Assembly (NCBI RefSeq): GCF_006345805.1 | Contig: NC_043009.1 | Location: 8,804,001-8,868,000 of the forward strand | Source: Octopus sinensis | Taxonomy: Eukaryota | Direction of reading: 5' to 3' | DNA: 64,000 bases | Shown: positions 48,741 through 61,482 of the stretch, piece after piece | How the letters are laid out: every line of letters starts with the position of its first letter | How positions within the stretch are numbered: position 1 is the stretch's first letter | Notes under the pieces: model-generated | Seen by the model: only the letters and a program-made list of their open reading frames with translations | Told to the model about the DNA's origin: nothing | Database searches by the model: none | Program-made: the position numbers and the translations under genes

Positions 48741-51573
48741 CCAATCACACACACACATTCATATACATATATATATACATACATACATACACTCGTCACA
48801 TATATATACACGCTCCCACTCAAAGAAACAAATATATACACATTCGTCGGAACAAACCTATATACACACGTACATACGTACACAACTTTAAACATAATAA
48901 TAAATAGCGTAGGAAGGCCTGGTTAGTTTCTCTTAGGGCCTCTCTGCACCTCGCATTGAATATAATGCATAAATAAAATATATCTTGTGGTGAAGTGTCT
49001 TACACACATACACAACACTGGCACAGATGTACTTTTAACAATGTATGTGGAAATAAATCAATGATTAATAAATGCAGTGTGGAAAAAGGAGGATATGGTG
49101 TGCTCCATCAAATGTGTGTATGATTAGGTTCGCTGGTGCATATAACAACACGAGCCGCCTAATTTCAGAGGAATAACAGCTTAAAAAGAGAGGTGGGGGA
49201 ATTATATTTTGCTGACAAGTGATTGAAGGAAGGCTGGGTAGTAAATGTATAATAAACTTGTGCACTAAATTCGACTTGTTTTGTCAAGCGTTGAAAGTGT
49301 GACAGTTGCACTTCAAGAATGACAGGTTTCAACGATGGAGGTTTTGTCAAACGGGACAGAAATTCCTGTCAGATTGAATGTAGCAATGGCAAAACAAAAA
49401 CAAGCACAACACGTCTCACAAACACAAACAGAAATAATCTCACACCAACAATAACTGGAATAAAATACACCCCGTCTCGCAAACATACCAACAATAAAAC
49501 TACAACCACATGTAAAAATAGCAAGGGGCCCCTCTAGCTTTCTGTCACTACGTGATTGGTTGACTTGCTAGAAATTGCAACCAAACCTCCCTTATATCAC
49601 ATTCTAACATCTTTAAAATAAATGACACACTGAATAACGCAGAAAAAAAAGAGATATGTACTACTTAAGAAGAGATGATCACGCCTGGAACGCCACTAAC
49701 AATGGATTTGCTCTATCAGGATTGACTCACATGGGGCTATGATACATGTAAAACCCACAATATACGCAGACTTAATGCAATACATACACAAGATATTTTT
49801 TGCCGTTTTTTTTTTTTAAGTGACACCACCTGCACGGACATACAAAATAAGATATAAAGATTATTCGATTGTCAAAACATTCACACGATACCAACGAAAG
49901 GATTGAGTTTATTTTCGTCTTCATAACCGAGAATATGTGACGTTCATGATTTTCGTTAATGCCCTTGAAAAAGCCCGCAACATCACAAGATCCCAACCCT
50001 CTTCTATATAAATTAAAGGAGCAACACACACACACACACACTATGGTATGTATATATGTATATTTGTCCTACATTTTTGAAATGGCAGTTGTGTGTGTTT
50101 AATTAAACGTTCCATTAATTAATTAATTAGCAAGTCTATATAGAAAAGTTTTAAAAAAAACATAAGTCAAAATAAAAAGGATCGGTTTGACAACCTGGTG
50201 CTATTTAGAAATAATAGTAATAGTAATAATGATAATAATAGATTAGAAATATTTCAGAGCCGTTATGAAAAAAAAAAACCGTAAACAGAGAAGTCGAGAT
50301 AGGACATTATGACAGTAAAGTAAGTCGAAGGCCTGTTTTCCGTTCCCACACATGAAATTAAGATGATGACACAAATAGACAACCAAACAACAGAATCCAC
50401 CATCATCATCCGCTGAAATAATTAGGGGCTTTGATATTGTCAATGGTATAAAAGAAAAATGGAATATATATATATAGGAACGTATAATTGATGTATGTAA
50501 GTGCGCGTAATTATAACAGATAGAATATACAAATGTGTTTATACACATAATATACATACATATATATATATATACATATATACACACAAACAACTGAACA
50601 GTGAATGTGAAACAGAAATAAACAAAAATTGAAATAGAGGAGTGGGTTTTAAAAAAAAGGGCTTTTAAAAACATTAATTGATAAATCAATAGAGATGATC
50701 AACACAAGTTGATCGCGATTTGGTTAGAGAAGGGCAAAAACTGAAAAAAGAAGGATGGACAAAAGGTGGTTGCTATGTGGTTTTTACCTTAGATTCGTAG
50801 ACTGTGTTGTGTTCCAGTTGGACATAAAGAGATGATGAGTTGTGTGTGTACACAGATGATTCTGTGTATGTATGTGTTTGTAATGAGCGTACGTGCCATA
50901 TAACAAACAGTAACAAGCAACTATGAGAAGAGAGTGAGTGCGGATGGTCCTGGTTGGTTGTAGATTTCCAGTTTCACAGCTAGTAACTGGCTTGGCTAGC
51001 TCTGATTTTTCTTAAACAGCAATAGTACCAAGCAGTAGTAAGGGCATTAGTAAAGGTGGTGGTAGTGATAGTAGTGGTGGCAATAGTAAAGGTGGTGGGG
51101 GTAATAGTAGTGGCGGCGGTAATAATAGCGCGAGGGTAGCGGGGACAGGCATGACAGTAAGAGAGGAAAGGGGAGAGTGTAAGCTCAAAAACAACAACAA
51201 ATAGGCCAGTACAGTTCTGGCGCCAAAACGCCATCTCTCGACAGGTTTGTAAATCATATTCCTCGTAAGAGCACGTAACTCATGTCGTATTTTTTAGATA
51301 TTTATTTACGAACGTTGTGAAGGGTGTTGAACGGTTTTAATATACACATGCGCATTTTATATATATTTATATTTATATATATATCCTTCATCTTTTACTT
51401 ACTTCAGGTATTGAGCTGCGGCCATGCTGGGGCACCACATCGAAGGGCTTTATTGAGCAAATCCACAATACTTAATTTTTAATGCATGGGCCTCGGGGAC
51501 GTAAACAAACCAACACCGGTTGTCAAGCGATGGTGGCCACACACGCACGCACACACACACACACCCACACATA

Positions 51574-51725
51574 GATCTCTGAGTTCAAATTCCGCCGAGG
51601 TGGGACTTTGCCTTTCATCCTTTCGGGGTCGATAAATAAAGTACCAATTTCGCACTGGGGTCGATGTAATCGACTTGATCCGTTTGTCTGTCCTTGTTTG
51701 TCCCCTTGTGGATAGTAAAGAAATA
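51574..51725 (+). mobile_element. SINE-A nested in the microsatellite linker of a minus-strand SINE-B (about 51385-51820)
   Basis: A sequence lies between the B tail and the resumed B head. Confidence 0.8.
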
Positions 51726-54044
51726 TATATATACATAGATGTATGTATATACATACTTAGATTACGCACGTACGACGGCCTTCTTTCAATTTCCGTCGAC
51801 CGATTTCATTCACAAAACTACTTTTGGTGTATTTGTTTGTTTGTTTTTTTTCAAATGCGCGTAAATTCATCCGTCTATTATAAATTTCCTTATAAAACTC
51901 CTTAAAGCATTCATTCACCGTTTCCTTTAAACAAATATCTCGACGTGGTCGTTTCTACCTGATGAAATGTATCTTAAAATTCTCGCAAAATGACACCCCT
52001 GTCTTCGAAAAACGACAGTGGATAAAATAAATGTAGATCTTCTGAAAAGAAGCTAGGGTGGTCATGGCGGGAACGTCTACAAACAAGCTTATTCGGTCGT
52101 GGTTGATCTTGTGCTAAACAATAACAACAACACAAACACTGTTCTCATCCGCATTGGCTCAGCTGAAATAAAATAGCTGTTGTTGGTATGAAATGAATTT
52201 TCAATCTGAAGTGCTTGTGTTATTACATTCAAAACCCGAGATCCACCCGATTGCAACCACTTCCTGAATAAAAATATCTTTTTTTAACTGAACTATTTTT
52301 GAAGGTGAAGGATATCGTCACAGGAAAAACCACTTTATGTTACTATGCTTATTTTATTGATCACCGCGATATAGAGACGAAGAAGGGCCTTGAACTAAAT
52401 ATTGTAAACTAACTAATCCGTCCCTCAGAATAAACAATATTAAATTTTCAAAAGCGAGGTGGGTTCTGCAGCGTTGTTTAACCCCAGGTAAGCTCTGACT
52501 TGGTATTAAACAACAACAGTAACCGCCTAAGGTGCAAACCTGCTCTTAGAGGCTTCCTAGTTGTAACAGACTCTTGCTTTTGAGTACCAGTAACTAGATT
52601 GTCCAGTGTTCTATATTTAAGACAGTAAAGTGTGATTCGATGGAAATTTGGCTGTTATTTCTAGAGCATCGATTAACAGAATTGCTGACGCTCCAATAAA
52701 TTACCCAAGGTATTTCACTATGACCCTTTATGTTCCGAGTTCAAACTCTTAGCGAAGTCTACTTTTGTTTTTTTTAATCATTCCTTTCGTATTCTCAATG
52801 CCTTCTAGGAATATTGTAACTTTTAGTGGAGGTTGGATGAACCATTAAACAAAATAAGCATGTGCTCGGGATATCGCAGGGTTTTTACAAGTGACAAACA
52901 TGGTGCAAATTGGTAACTTATAAATTGTCTTTTTTTAATGAATAAAAAATGTTAAAAATTTACGGGTTTTTTTTTCTTATTTTACAAATTCTCCCCCTTC
53001 TCTCTCCGACCTTTTCCCCCACACAACAGTTTTTTAAACCGATACATTATTTGTTATTATCTGTGAGGGCTTCCACTTCGGGACTCACCATTAATGTGTG
53101 TGTCACTTTTTATTGTTTCTTCCATGCTGCAGGAATATTACAAATACACATCACTACATACATGCACTCACACACACGATCTTATATAAAGACAGTAGGA
53201 GGCATGGCTCAGAAAATTGCCTGACACGGTGCAAATGATTATCATCATTTTAACGTCCGTTTTTCCATGTTTGCATGGGTCAGGGAGATGGGTTTTTTTT
53301 TTATTAAGGCATATTTTCTATAGCCCGATGCCGTTCTTGTTGCCTACTCAAACTAAGTAGACTTCCCCAATGGCCATTATTTATGCTGCTTGCTGCTATT
53401 TAGAGTTCGATAAATAAATTTAAGATAAAAATGGAATATATTTAATACAGTTGTGGGACTGGTTTTAAAGAAAACTGAATTTCTAATCTGTAATTTCCCA
53501 TTCAACATTTAGTATGGCTTAATATCATGTCAGACAATGGAAGGATCTAGGGATAACCAGGGTTGGGCTGTGCTTAGGGCATCAGTTGGCCTTAATCCTG
53601 CCCTGCTTTTGTGTATGCCTTCTGTCTACTATCCAGTTTAGCTCCCTAATTGTTAGGTCTTTATGTGAGGAGAGCCTTTATTTAGATGTGGAGCTATTTG
53701 ATATACTACTAAGCATGCAATCAAAGCATGAATGTTTTTCAAGGTCAGTGGTTAGTCTGCTCCTTAAAATCCCTTCTGAGATCAATAAAATATAGTACCA
53801 GTCAAGTACTGAGGTTAATTCAATATTCCTGTAAACCATCCTAGTTGTGAATGGAATTATAATAAAAGAAGGCTGCTTAGGGGATCCTGCATTGGAATAT
53901 GAAGCAAGGTTGATTTCCCAAAAGGAATTCCTGTACACTAAAAAGTTACAAACACATGTCTATATTCTAATCCCAGACAATATTATTGGTATATAACTCT
54001 TTATGAATGATATTACATCCTAAAACTATTTTCAAGGCCCTTAA

Positions 54045-54259
54045 CCCTTTCATTACCAACCTGGCTGAAACTGGCTGTGTAGTACAAGTGTCTTGTTTTT
54101 ATAAGTTTTGAATTAAAATCTTCCACCAAGCCTTAGTCACAATTTATGTTCCTAACACTAGCTGAATGATAACTAAGTTCTTTTACTAATTTCTTTGTTA
54201 TATTTAAAGTAATTGGAAGAAACACAGAGCATCTCAAAATAAATACAGTAATGAAAGGG
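54045..54259. mobile_element. piggyBac-type MITE, 215 bp
   Basis: TTAA TSDs at 54041-54044 and 54260-54263. TIR ccctttcattac / gtaatgaaaggg. Confidence 0.85.
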
Positions 54260-54842
54260 TTAAGTTATATATTCCTTCCCTTGCCAAAAAAATCTCTTTT
54301 TCTTTTTTAACCAGAACACAGAAACATATGGATATGGAGATCATAGCTTCTCTACACCCTCTTAAACTGTGGAAGGATCGTTTATACTTAGATTCTTTGT
54401 AAGTAAATAGATAAGCATTAGTTTCAACAATGAGTTGTCAAGCAATGGGACAAATACAAACACAAATACATACACACACACACACACACACACATATATA
54501 TGTGTGTGTGTGTATATATGTATATGATTGGTTTTTTCAGTTTCTGTCTACCAAATCTACTCACAAGGCTCTAGCTGGCCCGAGGCTATAGTAGAAGATT
54601 CTTGCCCAAGGTGCCACACAGTGGGACTGAACCTGGAACCATGTCGTTGGGAGGATATTTATTGACTTTTTCTATCAGACTTCTGGAATTATTTAAAAAA
54701 TCTTTTGATGCGAAATTTCAAATTATTGTATGTGTTGTTGATGATAATGGTGGTGGTGGTAGTAATGGTGGCGGCGGTGGTGATAGTGGCAATTATGATG
54801 ATGATGATAATGATGACAACAACGATAGAGGCAGCAGCAATG

Positions 54843-55200
54843 ACAGGAGGCGCAATGGCCCAATGGTTAGGGCAGCGGACTCACAGTCGAAGGATCGTGG
54901 TTTATTGAGCAAAAGCACCTAAAGCTCCACGAGGCTCCGGCAGGGTGTGGTGGCGACCCCTGTTGTACTCTTTCGCCCCAACTTTCTCTCACTCTTTGTT
55001 CCTGTTTCTTGTCCCCGACTTCCTACGCAACCACTGAGCCTGGATGCGCATTCATCCATCCATCGATGCTCTCGGTGTCGGAGGGGTTGACCTGCTTTCT
55101 CTTCTGTGGATCTTACGAATAGCAAAGGACCACGTTTCGGACTTCTCCCATCTTGTGAGCTCTGGGACAAAGACCGTTCGCTCAACAGCAACAGCAGCAG
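54843..55200 (+). mobile_element. SINE-H inserted within a trinucleotide (GAT/GGT/AAC) array
   Basis: Matches 1995-2318. Degenerate trinucleotide tracts lie on both sides (about 54722-54842 and 55185-55330). Confidence 0.85.
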
Positions 55201-55835
55201 CGACAACAATGACAACAGCAATGACAATGATGGTGGTGGTGGTGGTGGTGATGATGATGATGATGACAGCAGCATTGAAGACAACAATGACAAAAATGAT
55301 GTTGACAATGATGATGATGGTGACATTGCTATTGTCGTTCCATTGCACATCTGTCATCTGCATTGGTCTAAGAAAGGCATACTCAAATATCAAATACTTT
55401 TGTCATCTGAAAAGATATTTGAAAAGACATTATTGTTGTTGTTGTTGTTGCTGTTGTAAGAAACAACATTGTTATGTAACAGCAGAAGAAAAAGAAAATT
55501 ATCGGAAACATATTATGTGAACCAACTTCTGTCCAGGAGCAGGAAACATATAACGAAAACACAACTGTTATTGTAAGGCATTATGTTGTTACTGGGGGAA
55601 AATACTATAACTGTAATCAATAGAGAGTATCATGATTTCTATACAGAAAGGACATAGATAGGCACGGGCATGGCTGTGTGGTAAGAAGCTTGCTTCCCAA
55701 CCACATGGTTTCAGGTTCAGTCCCACTGCATGGCATTTGAGTAACTGCCTGCTAACTACAGCCTCAGGCTGATCAAAGCTTTGTGAGTGGATTTGATAGA
55801 TGGAAGCTGAAAGAAGCTCATCATATATGTATATA

Positions 55836-56864
55836 CAGAGGTTGAACAAAATGGAAACACCTTAAAATTTCAAATAAATTATTTTAATATGGGGTAGGAC
55901 TGTCTTTGGCAGTAATTACAGCTTGAATTCTACGAGGTATGGATTCGTAAAAAAGTTTGAATTGTTTCCAAACGAATTTTTGTCCATTCTTCAGCTAAAA
56001 CTGTCTCCAGTTCTTGTAGTGATGATGGTGGAGGATATCGACTCCTTAGTCGTTTTACTAAAATGCACCATAAATGTTCAATAATATTGAGATCTGGGGA
56101 CTGTGATGGCCAGATATGATGTTCAACTTCACTAGAATGTTCCTCGTGCTATTCAGTAACAACTTTAGCTACCTGAATGATCGCATTTCCCTCCAGAAAC
56201 TGTTCTGCAACCATAGGATGAATTTGATCAGATAAAATGCTTAAATAGTCTTGACTATTAATTCTGCCATGAAGGGAAACCATTGGGCCATCAGATTTCC
56301 AAGATATATCCCCCACCCCAGATCATCACAGATCCTCCTCCATGTTTAACAGTTGGAAGAATGCAGTCTGGGTTAAATGCTTCTTTTGGCTGTCTCCATA
56401 TATATATTTGGCCATTAGTCAGAAATAAGGTAAATGACGACTCGTCCGAGAAAATAACATTCTTCCACTGCTCTAGAGACCAATTCTGTAGGTTTTTACT
56501 CCACTCTAAATGCTTTGCAACATTTGTTTTTGACAGTAGTGGTTTTCTAATTGTAGTCCTCCAATGAAATCCGGCTTTGTGCAGCTCCCGGTGAACAGTT
56601 TTTGTGGAAACTGGGTTCTTGAGGTGGTCATTAAGCTCTGCAGTAATTTTGCGAGCTGTACTTTTGTGATCCTTTCTAACAATTCGCGTAAGAATCTGAT
56701 GGTCCCTATCTGAAAGTTTTGGTTTTCTGCCAGAGATTTGTTTCGACAAGGAGGATATTCGCTCTTTCTCAAAGACTATCATTACTTTCAAGATGATACT
56801 TCTTGATACACCAAGCGTTTCGGCTTTTTCATTACGCTAGCACCTGCCATACGAACACCAACAA
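55836..56864 (-). mobile_element. Tc1 DNA transposon, 5'-truncated; one TIR retained
   Basis: TA then cagaggttgaacaaaatggaaacacc terminus at 55836, inserted in the TA linker of a SINE-B/G head (55660-55835). Confidence 0.85.
55884..56864 (-). pseudogene. Tc1-family (DDE) transposase pseudogene
   Basis: RMAGAS..GVSRS..SGRKPKLSDRD..RKPLLSK..WKNVIFSDESSF..TVKHGGGSVMIWG..WPSQSPDLNIIEHLW..SIPRRIQAVITAK. Frameshift after IWG, an in-frame stop, and deletion of the second catalytic D motif (Q-[DDNAP.H]-AK). Confidence 0.92.
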
Positions 56865-57577
56865 GACCTGGGTGAAGCATGAGGTGGTGAAGCATGAGCT
56901 TCAAACATTAGGCCTCATCAAAGCAATGACTAGTGACCGAGACCTTTGGAAATATGCTGTGCTTGAGAATACCTGGCATGCCAAGTGAGACCATAACCTC
57001 GTGGCCTATGCCAGGGGTATAACCAGCCCACTTATGTGTACCTTTCCTTTAGTTGGACTCTAAACTCTGCTTGCAAAGACCTGTTGAGGCAAATAAAATC
57101 GAAATCAAATTCAATGACTGGCATCCATGCTAGTGGAGTGCTAAGAGCACCATCCGAGCGTGATCGTTGCCAGAGCAGCAAACTGGCTTCCGTGCCAGTG
57201 GAATGTAAAAAGCACCGTTCAAGCGTGATCGTTACCAGTATCACCTTACTGGCACTTGTGCCAGTGGTACATGAAAAAACATTTGAGTGAGGTCGTTGCC
57301 AGTGCCGCTTGACTGGTTCCTGTGCAGGTGGCACGTAAAAAACACCATTTGAGTGTGGCCGTTGCCAGTACCGCCTGACTGGCCCTCATGTTGGTTTCAC
57401 GTAAAAGCACCAACTACAGTCTCGGAGTGGTTGGCATTAGGAAGGGCATCCAGCTGTAGGAACTCTGCCAGATCAGATTGGAGCCTAGTGCAGCCATCTC
57501 CTCAGTCCTCAGTCAAATCATCCAACCCATGCTAGCATGGAAAGCGGACGTTAAACGATGATGATGATGGTGATGAT
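56865..57577 (+). mobile_element. RTE LINE 3' end: ORF C-terminus, 3' UTR with ~60-bp tandem units, repeat-C terminus and (GAT)n tail
   Basis: KTW..EVVKHELQTLGLIKAMTSDRDLWKYAVLE..AK* (stop 56986-56988) runs contiguously into the 3' UTR. Confidence 0.85.
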
Positions 57578-57847
57578 ATATATATATATATATATATATA
57601 CATAAGGATAAGCATATTAAAAGCGATCCATGTGAAAACTCCTTTAAATAAAAGGGTTGTGAACCACTGTTCTAAAGGGTCATTCAAAACAGCCAATCTC
57701 TCTCACAATCTGAAAAAAAGAAAGAACACAGATAACATAGACTAAGATAAACTATATCTGACTAAAATATAGGATGGTCATGGCTGGAATAACATTGATC
57801 ATAAGTTTGCTTGATCAGGGCTGTTCTGAGGCTAAACAACTTATTAA

Positions 57848-58036
57848 CCCTTTCATTATATATTTCTGTCAAAACATTATCTCTGTTTCAATTAATTTAG
57901 AATATAAAAAATTTAGTAATATAACTTCGTCACTACTAGGCAGGTGTATGGAACATAATTTAACAGGAAATTTTGATGGAAAGTTTTTAGAGCATTTTAA
58001 AACAGGGTGGTCTCAGGCGAATTGGTTTTAAAAGGG
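57848..58036. mobile_element. piggyBac-type MITE (same family as 54045, opposite orientation)
   Basis: TTAA TSDs at 57844-57847 and 58037-58040; ccctttcatta / ttttaaaaggg ends. Confidence 0.75.
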
Positions 58037-58610
58037 TTAATAGCTATACAGACTAAGTGATTTGAGAATTAAGTGTTTTGGCTAAGGTTACAATATATTG
58101 ACAGTGAAGCAACACAAACCATCACACCTTCTGTCCGCAGTCAGCTATAACACTCTTATCTTCAGAAAAGGAATCGGTAGAATGGTCTGCTACTATCGCA
58201 GATTGGTTCAACCCTTCTGCAGAATAATTTCTGGTAAAGCAAATAAATAAAATCAATATTTTAGCATCTTCTGAAGATTTAAAATTTTAGAAAATGGCAG
58301 TGTTAAATTTGAACAAATTTTCAAGCTGTTTCCATTACAATTGTGATTCACCTTAGCTTTCTTTTCTTTTCTTTTTTTTTGTCTGAAGTAACAATAAATA
58401 TATCTTTTATATTTTTTTTTATTTGTTTTGTTTTGGTCATTGGACTGCAGCCATGAAGGATCACCACCTTCAAGTATCTAACTGAACATATCAACCCTAG
58501 TACTTATTTTTTAAACATAGCACTTATGATGAACTGCTAGGTTACAGGGACATAAACAAACCAATACCAGTTGTCAAGCAATGGTGGAGGGACAAACACA
58601 AACACAAAGA

Positions 58611-58810
58611 CACACACACATACATATATACCTATACACACACACACACATACATATATACCTATACACACACACACATACATATATACCTATACACACA
58701 CACACACACATACATATATACCTATACACACACACATACATATATACCTATACACACACACACACATACATATATACTTATACACACACACACGCATATA
58801 TATACAAATA
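58611..58810. repeat. Higher-order minisatellite [(CA)5-8 TACATATATACCTATA] x about 7
   Basis: Directly visible, inside the linker of a minus-strand SINE-B. Confidence 0.9.
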
Positions 58811-58814
58811 TATA

Positions 58815-59758
58815 TTGGGTCATCCCATAAATAATGCAGTTTTTTCAATTACCTGAACAGAGGGGAACAGGATAAACTACCTGCATCAACTTGCTATAAA
58901 AGCAGGTAGTAATTTTACCGTTTACTTATTCTTAGTGGAAGTTTTGAAGAGTGCAGTTCGATTTTAACTGTTAATTTTTTTGAAAGCCATAATAGAAGTG
59001 ACAAAGGAGCATATTTGGCATATTTTTCTTTATGAGTTCAATAAAGGTAACAATGCAACGGAAAGTGCAAGGAATATCAATGCAGTATTTGGGGATTGGA
59101 CAATAAGCATAAGCCAGAGTCAATGGTGATTCCAGAAATTTCGAGCTGGAAACTACATCCTAGAAGACAAGCCTCATCCTGGAAGATCTGCAGAGTTCAA
59201 CAAGAATGTCCTGCAAACCCTCATGGAAAGAAAATCCCATTATAACTGTTGAGGAACTAGCAGAGAAGCTTGGATTTGGTCGTTCAACCATTCATTGACA
59301 TCTGTGTGCCATCGGAAAAGTTAGCAAATTGGGTCAATGTTTCCTCATAAACTTTCTGAGTCTAATCATATGCAGAGAGTTAATGTGTGCTCTTCTTTGC
59401 CGTTACGTCTCACAAATGAACCTTTTTTAAACTGAATAGTCACTGTGACAAGAAATGAGTTCTCCATAAAAATGTCAAGCGCCGAAGACAGTGGATAGGG
59501 AAAGGAGAAACACCAGCACCCCAGGCTGGAGAAGGTCTTCACCCATGTAATGTGTTGTTATCTGTTTGGTAGGATATGAAATGTTTAGTTCACTTTGAAC
59601 TTTTAAGCCTAAACCAAAGGATAACAAAGGAGATCTACTGTGAGCAGCTTAAGACAGCACTTGGAAAAAAACGACCACCTTTGGTTTCAAGACAAAAGAT
59701 GTTCTTCCATCAGGAAAATGCTTGGCCACATACAGTGAGGATGACATTCCAAAAGCTG
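58815..59758 (+). mobile_element. mariner transposon, 3'-truncated
   Basis: TA followed by TIR ttgggtcatcccataaataatgc, then a 5' UTR and transposase remnant. Confidence 0.85.
58992..59758 (+). pseudogene. mariner (DDD) transposase pseudogene
   Basis: EVTKEHIWHIFLYEFNKGNNATESARNINAVFG..FQKFRAGNYILEDKPHPGR..TVEELAEKLG..KVSKLGQ(W)VPHKLSE..IVT(C)D..LHP..VLLSVW.D..HFELL..HQENAWPH. Multiple stops and frameshifts. Confidence 0.92.
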
Positions 59759-60048
59759 TCTTCTACTATAGCCTCGGGCCAACCAAAGCCTTGTGAGTAG
59801 ATTTGGTAGACGGAAACTGAAAGAAGCCCGTCGTATATATGTATATATATATATGTTTGTGTGTCTGTGTTTGTCCCTCCCCCTCAACATGGTGGTGTGT
59901 TTACATCCCCGTAACTTAGCGGTTCGGCAAAAGAGACCGATAGAATAAGTACTAGGCTTACAAAGAATAAGTCCTGGGGTCGATTTGCTCGACTAAAGGC
60001 AGTGCTCCAGCATGGCCACAGTCAAATGTCTGAAACAAGTAAAAGAAT
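59759..60048 (+). mobile_element. SINE-B, 5'-truncated, young
   Basis: Starts within the CORE-like tgtcttctactatagcc; high identity to 2873-3268. Confidence 0.9.
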
Positions 60049-60490
60049 ATATATATATATATACATTTCATTCACAAAGTATTGGTCAGCCTGGGTCTTT
60101 AATAGAAAACACTTGTCCAAGATGACTTTCAGTGGAATTGAACCAGAAACCATGTTGTTACAAAGCGAGCTTCTTAACCACACAAGCATTCCTGGAACTA
60201 TGAATTTTTTTATGAGCAGCATCAGCCAGTAACAAAATCAAAGGACTGTTTTTGACTCAAATTCATTTCATTAGCTCTGGCCCACCATCATGTTACACAG
60301 TAAAAACAACCTGAAAAAAATGAAGCCTGTTTTAGCCTAGCAATGACCACTTGACCTGCAAGAAGTAGTTGCCTTTTCTATTTCAAATTACATCTTACTG
60401 TTTTTTTGTTTTGCTTTTGTTTTGTTTTTTAAAAACACAGGACACATTAAATATTCCTGGGTACTGTAAAGTCTGCTAGGTAAGGGCTGA

Positions 60491-60856
60491 CATCATCATC
60501 ATTATCGTTTAACGTCCGCTTTCCATGCTAGCATGGGTTGGATGGTTTGACAAAGGGCTGGCGAACCAGATTCCAGTCTTGATCTGGCAGAGTTTCTACA
60601 GCTGGATGCCCTTCCTAATGCCAACCACTCTGAGAGTGTAGTTGGTGCTTTTACGTGCCACCAGCACGGGGCCAGTCAGGCGGCACTGGCAACGACCTCG
60701 CTCAAATCTTTTTACACATGCCAATGGCACAGGTGCCAGTAAGGAGACGTTGGTAATGATCCCACTCGAATGGCGCCTCCTACATGCCACCGGCACAGAA
60801 GCCAGTTAGCCGCTCTGGCAACGATCACGCTCGGATGGTGCTCTTAGCACCCTACA
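60491..60856 (-). mobile_element. RTE 3' UTR / repeat C with three ~60-bp units
   Basis: Reverse match to 57140-57577. Confidence 0.85.
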
Positions 60857-61299
60857 TAATGATGTCTAATAGAGATCCTATCTATATGTGATGCCAAGGA
60901 AAAAGATGAATCATGAATGAAAGAGACAACACAAGCAGGTCGCACACACACACACACACAATGTACAAAACACACACACATACAATGTACAAAGGGGACA
61001 TGGATTCCACAAGCCATATTGCAGGCTACCTACCCAGGAGGGCAGTTAATTCCGAATAAGGACTGATACAAGGTAGCGATGAATTTTTCATTCACACACA
61101 GACAAATCTCTCTCTAGCGTCAGAGGTATGATAAAATACATCCTGGCCATGCTGTAACACAACAACGCAACAACAAGGTTAGCTGGTTTCCCCTGTTGAT
61201 GTGTGTGTGTGTGAGATAAAGAAGACCACAATGGATGGTGAGAGAGATGCTATGAGATCCAAACCCTGCACATGCTTGCATAGACATACAGACATAAAA

Positions 61300-61482
61300 T
61301 GATGAAAATGATGATGGTGATGTTGATGATGGTTAAGATGATGATGATGAAAATGATGATGGTTAAGATGATGGTGGTGGTGGTGGTGGTGATGGCAGTG
61401 GTGGTGATGATGATGATGATGGTGGTGGTGGTGATGGTGGTGATGATGATGATGATGGTGGTGGTGGTGATGGTGGTGATGA
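61300..61482. repeat. Degenerate (ATG/GTG)n trinucleotide array
   Basis: Directly visible; the source of the poly-His, poly-Met/Val and Ile/Thr ORFs in the track. Confidence 0.95.

Noticed and set aside
49319-49537. Neuropeptide-like ORF (GFNDGGFVKR..)
   Set aside because: No signal peptide, no repeated peptide units and no amidation signals.
54602-55520. Long overlapping ORFs (106-158 aa)
   Set aside because: They are read-through of SINE-H and flanking trinucleotide arrays.
57146-57415. CRISPR-like repeat-spacer array
   Set aside because: The units are contiguous degenerate ~60-bp tandem repeats without unique spacers, inside a LINE 3' UTR in eukaryotic DNA; no cas genes.
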